From Trichosphaerium sp. ATCC 40318 (lineage: Eukaryota > Protista > Tubulinea): a stretch of DNA of 64,000 nt. Shown here piece by piece: positions 11,801 to 25,960 of this stretch. A program made the translations under genes and the position numbers. The stretch lies in contig JALMLS010000455.1 of NCBI GenBank assembly GCA_038496445.1, positions 930,001-994,000 of the forward strand, in the 5' to 3' direction. A model generated the notes under the pieces. The model ran no database searches. It was not told the DNA's origin and saw nothing but the letters and a program-made list of their open reading frames with translations. How positions within the stretch are numbered: the first letter of the stretch is position 1; each line of letters starts with the position of its first letter.

Positions 11801-14418
11801 GTTTAGAAAGTGTATGGTTCAGATGGATACATCATAATTTCATTATTGCCAAAAGCTGATATGTTGTACTTTCCACCCATGACAGAAAAGGAGTCCAGTA
11901 TCAATCTAGTTAAACACAGAAATGAGAAATTATCCATATTTTCTAAAGTGTTTTACTTGAGCAAGTTACCATCAAAGTGGAGGTTACTATCATTCATACC
12001 TAAAAAAGACAATAGGTTTGTAATCAAGACAATTAAAGCAATCAAGAAAAATTCAAAGACTCAAACAATAGTACGTTTAAACGTTCAGTTTTTGGTACTT
12101 TCTTTTTTTAATTTACATAGTCACTTCCTGGTAAATATGAGCTCATATCAAGCGTTCCAAATTTCTTGGCTTATCAATTTACTTCCCCAGAATTGTCAAT
12201 AGATGTGTTTAATAACTTGCAAACAAGATTAAGAGGTAAGCGCCGAAGTAATGTTGTATTTATGCTTACAAAATATCTAGAGTTCCACAACAAAGAGTTC
12301 CGCCTATTTTCAAATCTGATTGTATTGAATGATTTTTATGGTAACACAATTGTGCTGTACTATAATAACCTTGCCATAAATATTGTGATCAGAGGCAAGG
12401 TGCCATGGTTATGGAAGGTACAATAGCAAATATCATAGTTAAGTATTGTAAGTATTCATCTATGTTTAGAAATGTATTGGATCATACTTAGCACCATTGG
12501 AAGGTAAACAAGTTCAGCTATGCCCTGCAAGTATTCAAAACGGTCACATTGTTGTTGCTACAAAACCTCCATATAAGTTTGAACAAACAGGTAACCACAA
12601 ATGTGAAGGTCAACTTTACTTACAACAATCTGATAGGAGATATTGTCACTGCCTCTCACTTGAAAGAGGGCTTTCCTGTTCTGATAAAAAGCCGAAATAG
12701 CTTTTGGAGCAGTCTCAACGGTGAACAATTCTTAACACAAGGCGATTGGAAACAGAATTCCCAAAAGTATCCAGGTTTGAGATGGACTTCTCTCACAAGC
12801 AACGAAACAACTAAAGTATGTGTAACACTTGGCATTCTGACTTGGTATTTCATCTTTGCTGACTGAATCTAAAAAGGAGCGTTGTGATGAGTACTTGAGA
12901 GCTCGCAATATGTTCTACAAGTTTATGGGTACTGAGAGTGAGTCGTTCTTTAAACTTGAAAAGATTGTATTCTTTGACAATCAAACACTTGAAGCTGCAT
13001 TCCAAAAAAAATATGAACAGCTCGTTGCTAAAGTACTTCAATCTAAATCTTCAGGTAAGTGATTGAACATTTGCTAGCAATTCTTATTAATCCATCATTT
13101 AGATATTAACGATAGCAGTTTGAGTGCAGTTGATAAAAATAAAATTGAAGCACAAGAACGTACAATGAACCATTTGAAAAACTACACTCTTCGTGTTTCT
13201 GGTAATGAGCAAATCAATCTCATTGGTGGGTTTCATGGTACAACAGAGGTACTGTCATCATATTAAGTATGCTACTTATACGCACGCATAGGATACCAGT
13301 TTCTTAATTGCGACAAACAACTTCAGAGAGCCAACAAAATCAAAAGACAAGAAAGATGAAGGATTCTTTGGTACTACATTTAAAAACCTTACCTTTCAAC
13401 ACCACAGCTAACAATTTAACAAAGGGAATGGTATCTACTTTACACAATACCCTGATTACGGTACTTGTCTATAATGTCATGTATATTGGAGTTAATAGAG
13501 CTGTTGTAGGAAAGGTATATGCTGAGTGGGAAAAGACAGATACTCCTTGCATGTTGATATCGTGGGTGATGATGGGAAAACCCTATCCAGCTACTGAGGT
13601 TCCAAGCCCAAACAATTCAAACAGCCTCTATGGAAAAGGATGCAAGGTAATCCATTGAAATTACACACTAGCTGTGGTGTAACAATGTAAAAATAGGATG
13701 GATACGATTCACACTATGCCATTGTTAAAAAAACAACAAGTGCTCGCAATTGTTATCCTTGTAAAAAACATGAAAAACCAGACTTTGATGAAATTGTTGT
13801 ATTCTCCAACAAACAAGTACAGTCGCCACAATTACTATTATTTATTTAACTTTTTTAATCAGATTCTTCCGAGATACCTTGTTTATTATCAAAGCACAAA
13901 CACTATCAATCTTGAACAGTTCAACATCAAGTACAGAGATGCAAAGTGTCTCATCTTATGGGTTGATGATAACTTATCCAATGAGAACAAAGAGATTGTG
14001 AAGCGATTGAAAGCTCGTCCAAAGAAAACTGAGGCACTTAACAGATATCACAGGTGTTGCAGGGTTACTAACAACAATCTACAAGGTTTTGGAAATGATG
14101 TCATCCTCAGAGGTTTTGGCATGGCTTCAAAAGTTTAAAGGATATTGTAACAACAGGCTACGTATTATAACAAACAGGTACCGTAAAGGTGATGGAGATG
14201 AGAATGCAGCAGAGCACTTGGTGAAAAGTATAATTACGCAAAATAAGAAATGGAGTAAAATACCTATTCTTGTGTTTTGTGGTATGTGTTTTACAAACAA
14301 CAATCGTAACATGCTCATATTTTTGATTTTAGGAAACAAATCAAGTGTCAAGTACCTCAAAAAGGAATACAAGAATGTTTCAGTCACAGATAATCCTGCA
14401 GATGTATTAGCTTTGTAA
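8806..14418 (+). CDS. MORN-Roc-COR-PARP-pseudoreceiver Roco protein, copy 2 (longest MORN array; lacks exon 2)
   Basis: ATG 8806 (MDKSKSARGAFLVF), intron 8849-8905 splices in frame into the array; same Roc, COR, PARP and receiver motifs as copy 1; TAA at 14416-14418. Confidence 0.9.
8922..9920 (+). repeat. MORN array of copy 2: 69-bp tandem repeat, 15 GDF units (14 full + terminal half)
   Basis: Repeated aaatacatYggtgactttgtggatg...acaggaaaaggagag...tattggcc; counted in ORF 8878..10332. Confidence 0.95.
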
Positions 14419-14674
14419 CAGTCAGACTGTAATGAATGAGGAAAGACAAAAAGAGCAAAACATTGTAAATAGATTTCAAGTGAAAAAAACTGTTTTTTAC
14501 ACGTGTTTTACTCGTCTTTTGAAAACGTTGATTATGGTTCCCATCCATGACCTCGGTCTACACAGCCAAATAGCTCTTGTAACAACCAGTGAGTTGCATA
14601 ATTCAAGTGAGTTCGATAGGAAAATATCACGTGTTAACTTTCACGATCACTTAACGAAAAAACTGGTCCACGTT

Positions 14675-16605
14675 TTATTCTTCACTAGCCTCGCCGCTAT
14701 ATTCTACATTTACAGAAGAGTAACCCGGTGAGCTTGCTGAATCTGTTAGCAGCGATCTATCAGAGGCGTTTTCTTCTTGCATAGAAAGACATCGTAAAAA
14801 TGAATAAATACCAATAGGTAGCAATAAAATAGGTGAAAGAATTGCAAATCCCGAGACAAGTGTGAGTGTCATGATATTACTTGATGCCCAAAATTTACTG
14901 ACTACCTTTACTAGTTGCTTTTGAATCAGAAACCCATATGCAAACGCATCAAAGAGACCTACAATGGTAAGGGTTTTTGGAGCAAAAAAAGACAAAATGC
15001 AAAAAAAAAACCTTAAAGGCCTCATCTGACATACTAACACTCAAAATGAAAAATAAAAGCTTAGGGTTATTCCTATACTTTGCTTATTGTGTAAAAATCA
15101 AATTGTAATTGTTCAAAGGGCACCCTTTGTTATTGCCTGTCTAGTTGAATTTTTTTTGCAAGAAGTTTTGAACTTGTGTACCTTGTAAGTTCCGTAGAAT
15201 GCTGTATATAACCACCAAAAAGAATACATTACATGCCTCGCCTGTGGAAACGTGGTATATATTATTGATACAATAAGCAACAACATCAGGAATCCAGAAC
15301 AATAAAATGAATGTAAAAAGTAGTATCCTGAGAATAAATGCTCTATGCTTTTTTTTATTCGTTGGAGTGTACGTCAAGTTCCTCATCTTGAAACAGAATG
15401 ACTTAATAAAACGTAATAAAAAACAAGTAAAGGAATGTGTGACTGTTATACAAGGCAAAAAAATTGCACATTTGACGTGTGTGCTCATTGAAGGAGACGG
15501 TTTTTCAAATTCAATGAAAAAAAAACTTCATTTTTTTTCGGCGACCCATGGCTTGTAGAGGAGGAAATAGCTTGAAAATAATTTGTATACGTACCACTAC
15601 TATAACAGATATATACAGTATTATACATAATAGAACTGATGCCAACACAGGTAATAACCATAAGTAAATATGATAAGGTTGTATAGGTGCTGCATATCCT
15701 GCTACGTTAAGTTCCATCCTTGCAATCGCTATTGTCACCGTAACATTTATCAAAGGTAATCCCCATGACATTACATGGAAGGCTATGAAGTATCGGTTCC
15801 ATTTAATATTCGTATCAAGGCGTTTTATAGTCAGCAAATAAATCTAAGAATAAAATAAGAAATAGCCTCAAAAAATAAAAAATGTTTTGACAAGTTTGAC
15901 GGTTATACTATTCTCAAAATATAAGAGTTTAGTATATATCTTGTGAAGTATTGTCGAGTATATAATAACATACAAATGAAAGAAATAAAGATTGGGAGAA
16001 TCTGAATCGTTGAAAAAAGGAAAAGAAAAGAACAAGCTAGAACTTCAAAACCTTCAAAATGTGACGTACAAGCAAATAGAATCCGACACAATTTGTCCAG
16101 ACTATACTAGCTAGAGCACCAAACTGAAAAGTAGCTCGAAAAAGAAGCATAAGCGCTTGACTTTGACCATAAAACTTATCCATTGTTAGAATCAATATTT
16201 TTTCTACAACATTACTAGCAGCCCAAATAAACTCGCTTGATGATATATAAAAAGCCAAGTACTATAACAACCAAAACCCGTCAGTAAACACAACACATGA
16301 ACACATTAAACAAAAGCGCAACAGACACGTACCATCATTTTTCGGACACGTTTTTTATTACTCCGTTTTGGTAAAAGCATAAAAATACACATAACAAAAG
16401 TTGTTCCGTAGAGTGACCTATTAATAAAATAATCACGTGGGATGAACAAGAAGTGATGAAAAAACAAAATTTAGAAGTACATTATCCCGGTTACTAAAGA
16501 AGATATTGTAATAACTCGTCTCTCCACAGGACTGAAAGTTGTTTGACATACACCTCGATTAGTGATATTTGCAGTCTCCATGTCCCCATTGATATCTGTT
16601 ATCAT
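14675..16605 (-). CDS. cAMP-receptor-like / GCR1-type 7TM GPCR
   Basis: Spliced MITDINGDMETANIT.. followed by hydrophobic helices: FYISSSEFIWA, FQFGALASIVWTNCVG, FHVMSWGLP, FILLFWIPD, LRNLQG|LFDAFAYGF; motifs typical of the Dictyostelium CAR/Crl family. Confidence 0.75.
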
Positions 16606-16904
16606 TTTCGAATTGTAATCGTTATTAAGCGCTATATTAGCGTAATTCCACGCGTGGCAGCTCGTTTCGAAGATAATTTAGCTTAAATTAATCTATATCG
16701 TGCCCCCAGTGTTGCGTTGGGTTGTTCTATGTAGTGTAAGTCGTAATTAGGGGTTTTTACTACGCCATCCCGTGTACAAACTGATTTTTAATGTAACTTG
16801 ACATTTTATAACTTAACGAAATTTAGCAATAATTCCGCTTCTACTTTATGTGACTAAAACTAACTATCATGATAAAATTTGTATTTTTATTTATTATCCA
16901 TAGA

Positions 16905-18515
16905 TTACTGAAGGAAAGGTAAATCAGAACCAGAACGTTGCTCTGATATTTGACCGATAATAAGCCTCCAAAAGTCGCACAAAATCTTTATTGTTAGTCA
17001 AGAAAAAAAAGGTTCCAAAAAACAATTAAACAAATCTCAGAAAGTTGTTGGTAAAAGGATACAAAAACAACCATAGCTGCTGCCAAAGAACTTCCAGCAG
17101 TAACTAAAAGACTCCATCTGCTTCCTGGTTCTTCATCAAGCCTAATAAAGCATAAATAAGCAAGCCATTCAAAAAAACATCAAGAAAAACATACCAGAAG
17201 AATACAGGGAACGAAACAACAAAGTACAAGGCATAAAATGTTGTACCGTAAAAGTACATAGCATTCCTATCAGTAAAATTGTAGTATGGGACCTACAAGA
17301 CAAGTCAGAAGTCAAAAAAATTCAAACGAAAAAAAATCTCAATATCTGAATGAGCGAAATCGCTAGGCATAATACGAGCTTCAAGATACTTTCTGAGCTA
17401 CGAAACTTACGTATTGTATTGTCCATGTCTCCATAAATGCAACAAACAAAGAGAGTCCGACTATAACGATTGCACAATTGATATATCTTGAATAAACGTT
17501 TGGTGTGCCATACCATACTTTACGTATAACAGCATTAGATAACATATGGTATGTGATAAAGTATGGTTGTGTTAGGCCAAATAAGAACAAAGGAATCTAA
17601 CCAATCGTCAGTTAAGCTTCTTCGTTTAAAAGAGCTATAAATCGCTTCATACGCCGTTGATTGTCCATCTTGTAGGAAAGGTGTACGCTGCACCAAGTAA
17701 TGCAAAGAAGTAATGCGTCCAGAAGTAATTTCCAACAAAATTGAAGAGAGCTATCCATAAATTCGCTTTTGTAGCATAACGCTCATACCAAGGACGATGT
17801 ACATCAGCCTAACATAGTTTAGAAGACAAATAAACAAAAAACAATAAAAAATAAGTGACACTACCGTCAAAAAGTATCGTATAACGGTTTAAATGGTAAC
17901 ACCAACGACAGGCGGTACGCTTTAGCGTTTAAAAAAAGTTACAGTCGTTTTGGGAGCGTACACCGAAAGGGAAGAATATAGGCCATAGAATACATGGTAG
18001 GCTCATAACAAGACCAAAGCAGGCATAACCGTAATCATCCCAGTGCTTTTTTATTCGCATGTTAGCGTCAAATGGCGGGTAATGATTTTTAGTACCTTAT
18101 ACCACCCAGTGTATACTACCAAAGCCATCACAGTGAGCCATATTGGCGTATAACACCAAAAGAACTGCTCTCCTTCTCTAAACCGTATATAGTAAGTATA
18201 TACCACCACACCGGCGTAACTGTATCTACGGCGTACTTTTTACTTTGCCTCACTGAGAAGTAAGTTGCAGGCTGTATCCTAGCTTTTTTCAAGTATGTCT
18301 TGTACGTATTTTCCATCCCAACTGGTCTATGCACCAAAAAAAACAACAAAAAAGAAATACAAGAACAAGCCTTGACTGTCGGGACTTTTCAACAAAAAAC
18401 CACATTGGGGTATCACAGGTGATTTCAGTCCAAATTCAATAGTAACACGCATGGTTGTTGCCAAGAGTACAAGTATTACGTAATAATTTATTGAGCGTGA
18501 CATGAGCCTTTCCAT
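16905..18515 (-). CDS. CPI1: Cycloeucalenol cycloisomerase (cyclopropylsterol isomerase); start may be the later Met near 18316
   Basis: EGEQFFWCYTPIWL, KANLWIALFNFVGNYFWTHYFF.LLGAAYTFP, YYNFTDRNAMY..FYALYFVVSFPVFF and ILCDFWRLIIG match plant/protist CPI1 motifs. Confidence 0.88.
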
Positions 18516-18552
18516 TTTCTTTTTTTTTTTTTTTTACAAAGAATCAATTGTT

Positions 18553-21500
18553 CTAATACGCAAAAGATGATGATGAGAAGGATTTAGCAGCTTCTTCAAA
18601 TACTCTAAAAAACCAACCAGTAAGAAAACAGAACACTACAAAAAAAGAAACAAAAGAAACAAGAGAATCGTACCGTTCTTGTTCAACAAACTTGGCCAAG
18701 ATTTGTCCCATTTGTTTCTCATCAGCAGCCAATCTCTTCTTGGTAACCTCAACCTCGAACAACTCCATCATCTTATCTCCAGACAACTGTCCAATTTCAC
18801 CTTGAATCTCAGAGTACAAGTCGTGGAACCTAGACAGAATAAGCACCAACACTAAACCAAAAAAAAAAAACCCTAAAAACATTGACACGTACATTGGTGT
18901 CAAGAAAAAGTTGTGACACTTTAGAAGAACAGAAGATGTCAATCTGTTCTTGGTGGCCTGGAAAATTTCTCCAGCCATCTCATAAACAATACGTTTCATC
19001 TCGTTTGGATCACGAGTGTTGAAGTCCTTGGTGTAAGCGCTGAAACTAAAAAAAAGCACAAGTAAGCAAAACAGACCCGCAAATCGAAGCACCAACAACG
19101 CACCTAAAGTTTTGAAAGTAAATCAATTGTGTAGTGTAAAACTCGTCCATGCACTTTTCTAGGGCTTTAGCTGCAGTATCATCAACAAAGTTATAGTATA
19201 GGTTCCTGACTTCATTAACAAAGAATGGGAATTCTTCGACTGGAACATCAAACGTTTGTTGAACACGACCGAGGCGAACTCCTAGAGAAGGACCTGCACC
19301 AAGTGGACTACCTCCGAGTGGTGATGGACCAGATTGAGCAGCTCCCTTTCTGCTCTTTGCTGCCTTTTTCTGTACAGCCATCATCTTCTCAGCAATACCA
19401 GGAAGACGTTTCATAATGTAAACAGCACGTTTAAATAGTTGTTGAATCAACGACTTAAACAGAGCTTGAGACTGTTGTCGGGCGAGATCACATGCCTAAT
19501 AAAGTGTGAGTACACAATTACACGTTAAGCTTATGCCACACGTACAGTCCAGGCATAGGTTGATACGTTATTAAGGCGTCTAGCACCAGCTGCTGTGGCA
19601 ATAGTGCCAACATCAATTTTAGGGGCTTTGAGATGTGTACCAACAATTTTGAACTCTGCCAAGAGTCTGTGCAACTGTTGTCCACCAAATACTTTAGCTT
19701 CGGAACCAGATACTTTCTTATCGCTAGATGAGATGTTCTGTCCTTTGAGGTAGTTGTAAAATTGTCCACACTCAGCTTTTTCTTCTTGTAGAGTTTGACC
19801 GTTTTGTTGAGGATTACCTAAGGATGAATTTAGCAACAAAAAAAAACAGATCTAAAACAAAGGTTCTTCATACCTTCAATGTTGCCACGAGGTGAAATCA
19901 ACTTCTCAATGGATTGCAAGAAGTTCATGACGTAGTTTGAGGCAGCAGAGCGCATGCGTGAGATTTCCATACTTGCTAGACGGTTACGAATAGAGTTGAG
20001 GTCATCTTCGACTTGCTTCTTAAGCGCACTATATTTTAAAAAAATGAGCAATTACCAACCAAAACAAACAAAAAAAAAATCAATAAAACGAATGAATATG
20101 CGTACCGCAATCTGTTTTGAATGAGCGGAGTGTTGTCTTGGTATGTACGAAGAGTGGAATCCCAGATGAATAACCTCAAGGACTGTACACCAACATTACC
20201 TTCATACCTTCTATCGAATCTCAATTGTTCCAAAGCCTTCAAATCAGCTTGGTAATAATCAATGAGGGTCTTTCTGAACACACCCTTATCAGATATATTC
20301 TCTTCAGTGTGGTCGACAAGAGTAACAAAGAAAGCCTTATCAGTAACACCAGGAACAATACTCATAAGGTAGTTATTCACGTCACGCATATCAGAGAAAG
20401 ATTTAAGCAATACATTGAACTTGGAGAAACAAAACAATGTTCTGTTCAATGTTGGGTCAACCTTCTTAGCAAATTGTACAAGAGGGCTTTGTTCACTACC
20501 AGTTTTAGCCTAAGAAAACTATTAACAATCGCACAACACCGAAAAAAAAAACCAAAAAACGAATTTCTTTTCTCGTTATTCCAAAAGGAGATTTCATACC
20601 TCTTCTACTGCAACAATAATACGATGTGGAAGTTTAGTCTGTTCTACAACAATAGCTTCAATTTCTTTAGCTTTGCTGCCGTCTTCACCAAGGGCCAACC
20701 CAGGTGTATCAATAATGGTCATATTCCAGCAAAATTTATAGTTGTACTGGATAATGAGTGGGATTTGGGTGAATGTATTACTAAGTAAGCAAGATTGATT
20801 AGCGAACAAGCAAACAAAAGCAATATTCTCGTCAAAACAAAAAAAAGCTCGCAGCGAGCGAAAAAAAGATTGTTTGGCGAAATTACGTATCATAACAATA
20901 CGAAATTTACAACCAACGTCGCTTTTGCGCGTTTACGTTAGGATTGTTTAGATTTTTTTTATAATTAAACCAGAGGGTGTTCTATACACTCAAGAGTTCA
21001 TTATTGTAGCGTAAAGAAGGTAACGAATAAAAAACCTTCAAAGTAGAACAGAAAATGTCTTTCGTCTCTAGCTCTTACCGTTTGGCAATTTCGTCTTTAA
21101 CTTGCTCTAAAGAGCACTGCATATCAGTGAAACCGAGTTCTTTGTGAGCATAATCGCGTTTGATTGTTATTTTGGGCTCATCGGCTTTCTCATCGGAAAT
21201 GAGTTGTATATGAATAGGACGGTTTGTGGTACTAGTTTGGCGTTAATTAAACTTCATGAAGCAACTCTTGAAATTAAGAATTGGTTGTTGTAGCGACATT
21301 GCTGTGTATATAGTATTTCTATGCGAATACGCGCTAATGATGCTAAAACACGCTCTAATAGGTTTGCGCCTTATGCTGTTGTTATTTGCGTACGCTTCTG
21401 CCGTGTTATGGAAGGCGTGGCCAAGGAACGCTTCTATGAGTGAAGATCTGCCTTGTCCAGCTGGACCGATAAAAACTATTTCTGGAGCACGTACAAATGC

Positions 21501-21711
21501 ATTTAAACTACGCTATGGTTATTTTTATAGTTGTTGTGGTATTAAAATAGACATACTCGCGTGCTAAGACCATCACCTCGCGATATGCGTCAAACAGCTC
21601 TTTAGGGTAAAGTTCGAAGTTGGAGGCTGCGCCTGTGTCTCCTCTGCAACAAATGCGTGTCAGAGAGTAAAGTTATAAGCCTAACGGCCGGTAAGCATAC
21701 CCTGATGCCAT
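18553..21711 (-). CDS. Dynamin-like GTPase, DlpA-C/DRP5 (ARC5-related) subfamily
   Basis: PEIVFIGPAGQGRSSLIEAFLG, TNRPIHIQ, YKFCWNMTIIDTPGL, KVFGGQQLHRLLAEF; ATG 21711, stop 18553. Confidence 0.85.
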
Positions 21712-22511
21712 TTTATAAGGTTTGTATTTGTGCAACTGTTGCAGACGGTTTGTACAACTAAAATTGGTGAACGTTGACTGGGAACGTAATTTTTCTATTT
21801 TGCCGGAAATTTTTTATTAAAGTTTCCAAACGTGGGTTTATTGTTGTAGCGCAAGCTACAGAGTGTTATAAAAGAAAACAGGTCGCTCCCAAATACGGAC
21901 TAACTCAACGACATCTCAGTTTTCTCATTTTCATGGTTTTCTACATGTCTATCATGACAACACGTGCCACAGCTTGCCTTTATAAAAATTTCGTCCCGGA
22001 TAGGGCTGATGCACCTACTCTCGCGAGCGCTGTTCAGTGGCACTTCGAGAGGCCTCTTAAGGTCCTCCCTCAATCGGTATTAATGAGGTGCGATAAATAT
22101 AGATGGGATTCTAAATGGCCGACACTCTTCTTGACTTACAGATGGCCTGCTGAGCCTGTATTTATGGAAGCGCAGTGCCTTGAAACAGTTCTTCTTGAAC
22201 ACTAGTCAGTTGGGACTCCGCCTAGCCCGTCCATCTGGTACAATAATGGTTCAAAAAAAAGTTGAATTATTCTGATACTAAGTCAAGAATTTCTATCACT
22301 ATAGTACTCTAATTATGGATAATGTACTTCAAAACGCCCACAAACCGTTGTACTAACTATTTTCATGCGTGAGAATCCTCGGGCGGATGTTTGGTTCGAA
22401 AACGTGGTACAGAACGATTATTTCTGTTTTCGTATTTGATTGACCTGAAAAAGCCTGGGCGTTTCACCAGAGAACATGTGGTCAAAACAGTATATTTTTA
22501 TTTCAAACGTG

Positions 22512-23409
22512 TCAATGTATGAGTGAGAACTTGTACGTCACACACGAGAGTGTGTTTTTGTTTGTATCTTCAACTACAACTTTGCCAGTGTAATCAAGCT
22601 GAGTAAAGAATTAATTCAAGGGAGTTTTTTAATCTTTCTAGAAAACCACCGAACTACTTACCGCAGGAGCTATTTCTGGGATTACAGTAACTGCAGAAGA
22701 GACATATGTACCAGGTTTACAAGGACATGGGCAAGAAGGTATCAAAGGAGGATCACAAATGCTGTCTATAGAGAAAAAGTAGTAAGAAACAAAGTCATTG
22801 CGAAAACGCTTCCTTACCAGTTGTTGAATGAACTGTTATCCCAAGGTAAATGATACTGTTAGTTACAGTGCCACCACTTAGAGTCTCAGAATACGTTCCG
22901 CTCGTTGTGATAGTGATATTTTTACCAGCAGTTGGAGGATCTAAAAACTGTCAAAATATCGAAAAAAAAACTTTTCAACATTCACATCACGTGACGGAAA
23001 AACTCTCAAGCAACGGAGTAAATATAAACCGTTGTTCGCAAACCGACGCAAAACGTTGCTAGTTTAGCGAAAATACACGTTTAAGACTTTGATTAGTAAA
23101 AAACTGTTCTGTGGTTGCTACGCTACTTCTGGCAGTGTTTTCGTGCGAATGAGGCGAGTTCGTAAAGACAAAAAAGGAGAAATAACAATTTCTTTTGGTA
23201 CTACGTACAAGGCGTCATTTTGATGCTAGTTATATTAATTTGAGATCCTGGATCTACAGTAGGCGTGATTAAGGGTTCATTATTTAGGTCACGTGAAAAC
23301 TCGTACCACAATTTTTCCAAGAGAATGGCTCTACTTTTAATGGTTTTACAGCAAAGGCAAGTAAGAAACAACACGAAACCAAGAAAGTAAACGAAATGAG
23401 GTATGACAT
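22512..23409 (-). CDS. ML (MD-2/NPC2-like) lipid-binding secreted protein
   Basis: Signal peptide MSYLISFTFLVSCCFLLAFA, FSWKNC, P|PPTAGKNITI, SICDP..CPCPCKPG, YTGKVVVED..LSCV. Confidence 0.8.
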
Positions 23410-23695
23410 AGTGGTAGTTTGACAGGATACAGAAAAAATAGAAATCGACTTATGTAGGTTAAGGCAATTCACAAACTATAAAACGAAGCTCCAAGTCAAT
23501 GGTGTAACACACCAAACCTTGATCATCATCCTCACCTATTTGTAGTTCGCTGGAAACTTATTTTAGCTACAGCAGTGACTGTCGTGAATGTAGTTTTAAT
23601 TATCACTCTAACCGTGTACTAACTCAAAAAGTTATGGATAGTACAATTTGTTTGACTGTGAGCACTTGGCTAGCCTTTGAAAAGGTAACAAGGAG

Positions 23696-23912
23696 GGGAT
23701 ATAGTTTTTTCTGAAAACAAAAATTAGAAAGTGTAGAAAGATGCATAGCTAGGGCAGTCCACTAAACTAGAAAGCGCCTGGTTCACTTACGGTCGGGTCC
23801 TCGCTGTGCTCGGAACTAGAATCCGACCTTCGTTCACATATAGTGATCCATTGGTGCGTATAGGCATTCGGTTTTTGTATCGAATTCTATTTTTTCGAAT
23901 TTTATCTTTCCG
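23696..23912. mobile_element. MITE copy A (inverted relative to copy B; TIRs partly deleted)
   Basis: Reverse complement of 35500-35738; flanked by direct repeat ACAAGGAG (23688-23695 and 23913-23920). Confidence 0.8.
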
Positions 23913-25960
23913 ACAAGGAGACATGTAACGCATCATCGTGAATGCTGTACTCGCGTATTGTTTCTGGGTTGTACACCATCACGTTCATTAAATTCAAAGG
24001 TGTGCCAACTTGCATATTGTGATCATAACTTATTACCTTTTTGTCATCTGAGAAATTTTTTTGTTTGTACATATTTATTCAATTTACAGATAGCACGTCA
24101 TAGGCAACATGTGGCCTTACTTTCATTTGATTTTTCAAGTTATTTTTCTCGTACATTGAGATATTTCGTAGTAAAGGATCATCGAATATGAATTTTTATC
24201 ACGTGCTTTTGGAAGCCTGTTGAAACTATCTTACTATCACAATTTTCGGGTTGCTATCCATAAAGAGACCACGTGGATAAGTAAAATTTATTCACATGAC
24301 AATTTACATCAAGGGAGGTTCAAAGAAGATTGTTAGCGAAATGAAAGAGAAAGCCAGTCTTGGTGTTGTAGTTGGTAAGAAAAAGGGAAGGAAAAAGCGA
24401 TGATTACAAGAAGATGATATTACGCACTACGGGATTCAAAACTGAAAGAACAAAGCAGTTGTGCAACTGTAACAAAAAAATAAAACGAAAAAAAATATTG
24501 TACCAAGCATGCTGTTGTTGCTGTTGTTTCTTAACAAATTTAGCGTGCCCACGCGACTATAGATCTTTAGCGTATTTATGATTAGCTAGCAAAGCAGGTA
24601 TCTAACTGCAAGGAAATCTCAAGCTGAATTTGATCAGCCTGACATTATCTGAAACAAGGCTTAAGGCATTTGAATTCTCATTGTATCTATTGTGAGCGAA
24701 CCAAAGTCTATTGAGGTCGTTAATCTATGCAGTACGCGAACGGTTGCCAAAAGGTAAACTAGGTCGGAAAGCGCTAGTATATTCTATGGGTCACAACGAG
24801 TTGATGAGCCATGCTTACGAGTTTTTAACTGTGATCGCTTGGTGCAGAACCAGCTCGAAAGAGCTTATTAAGTATTGTGAATCTAAGAGGTACGCGTTGT
24901 GGCTCTTGCTAATGCATTAGAGTCCGCCAAAGAAAGGCAAACGCTATTTTGAACTAAAAGCGCGCCAAAAAGGTTACAATGGCACTACAGTTATACTACT
25001 ATGTCTTATATTACATACAAGCCTGTTTGAGAGCTAAAGTCAACAGAAAATCGGTAACGGTACGATCACGTTTTTTTGAAACCGAAAAGGCAGGTAACAG
25101 GTTCAAACCGTCGCCAACGCTATGATTCACTTCCGTTATAAAATCGAGGCACATTTTGAGCGACAAGAGCTTGAGAGAAGCCACAACGGAAAGATCAACC
25201 TTTTTTTGGATCAGAACAACACAAAAACACCTCACTTTACATTAATAACATACCGCCAGTAAATAAAGGTTGATTACGCAAATTCTCGGTTCTTATTTTT
25301 ATTCATTGTCTTTCTATCCATTATAAATATAGACTAGTATCAAAATACGCGTAGAAGACACCATATGGGAACGCAGAAACCACTGTAAGTTGCATTTAAC
25401 TATTTTTTCGAATTTCACTTTTTTTCACATTTGTTTCTCAACAAGACACTCCCGATTTACTTCATAACTCCACATCTTAAAACCCAGCTTCGAAATCCGT
25501 TTATCTACTACCGATTGGACTTGATATGCTTATATTACCGTGTACAACACACTGGACTGGTTTTTGAGAAAATCGTAGCAAACCACAATTTTTTTGCAAC
25601 AAGAAATTACTTGGTTAAAAGAAAAATGTATTTTTTTATCTAGTGGAAGCATAAGAATACTACAACTATAATATCTATACTTCTGCTTGACATGTCAAGA
25701 CTACTCCGAGCAGTGCGAAAGTACGCTCGTAAAAAATACGATTCTCTACTGGGCAGACCATTAGTGATTAAAGTCACGGTCACAGTCCCTAAAAGCATCC
25801 TGGTTAATACCAGACCAAACTACACCTACGCTCTGACTTGGGACCCACAGGTAGAAGACCTCTACTACCCACCTACAGGCGTATCAAATATCATAATGAT
25901 ATCCAGCTATGACATAGATCTAGCAAAAATGGCATTCGAAGGCGGAAGCCCAAGAATGTG

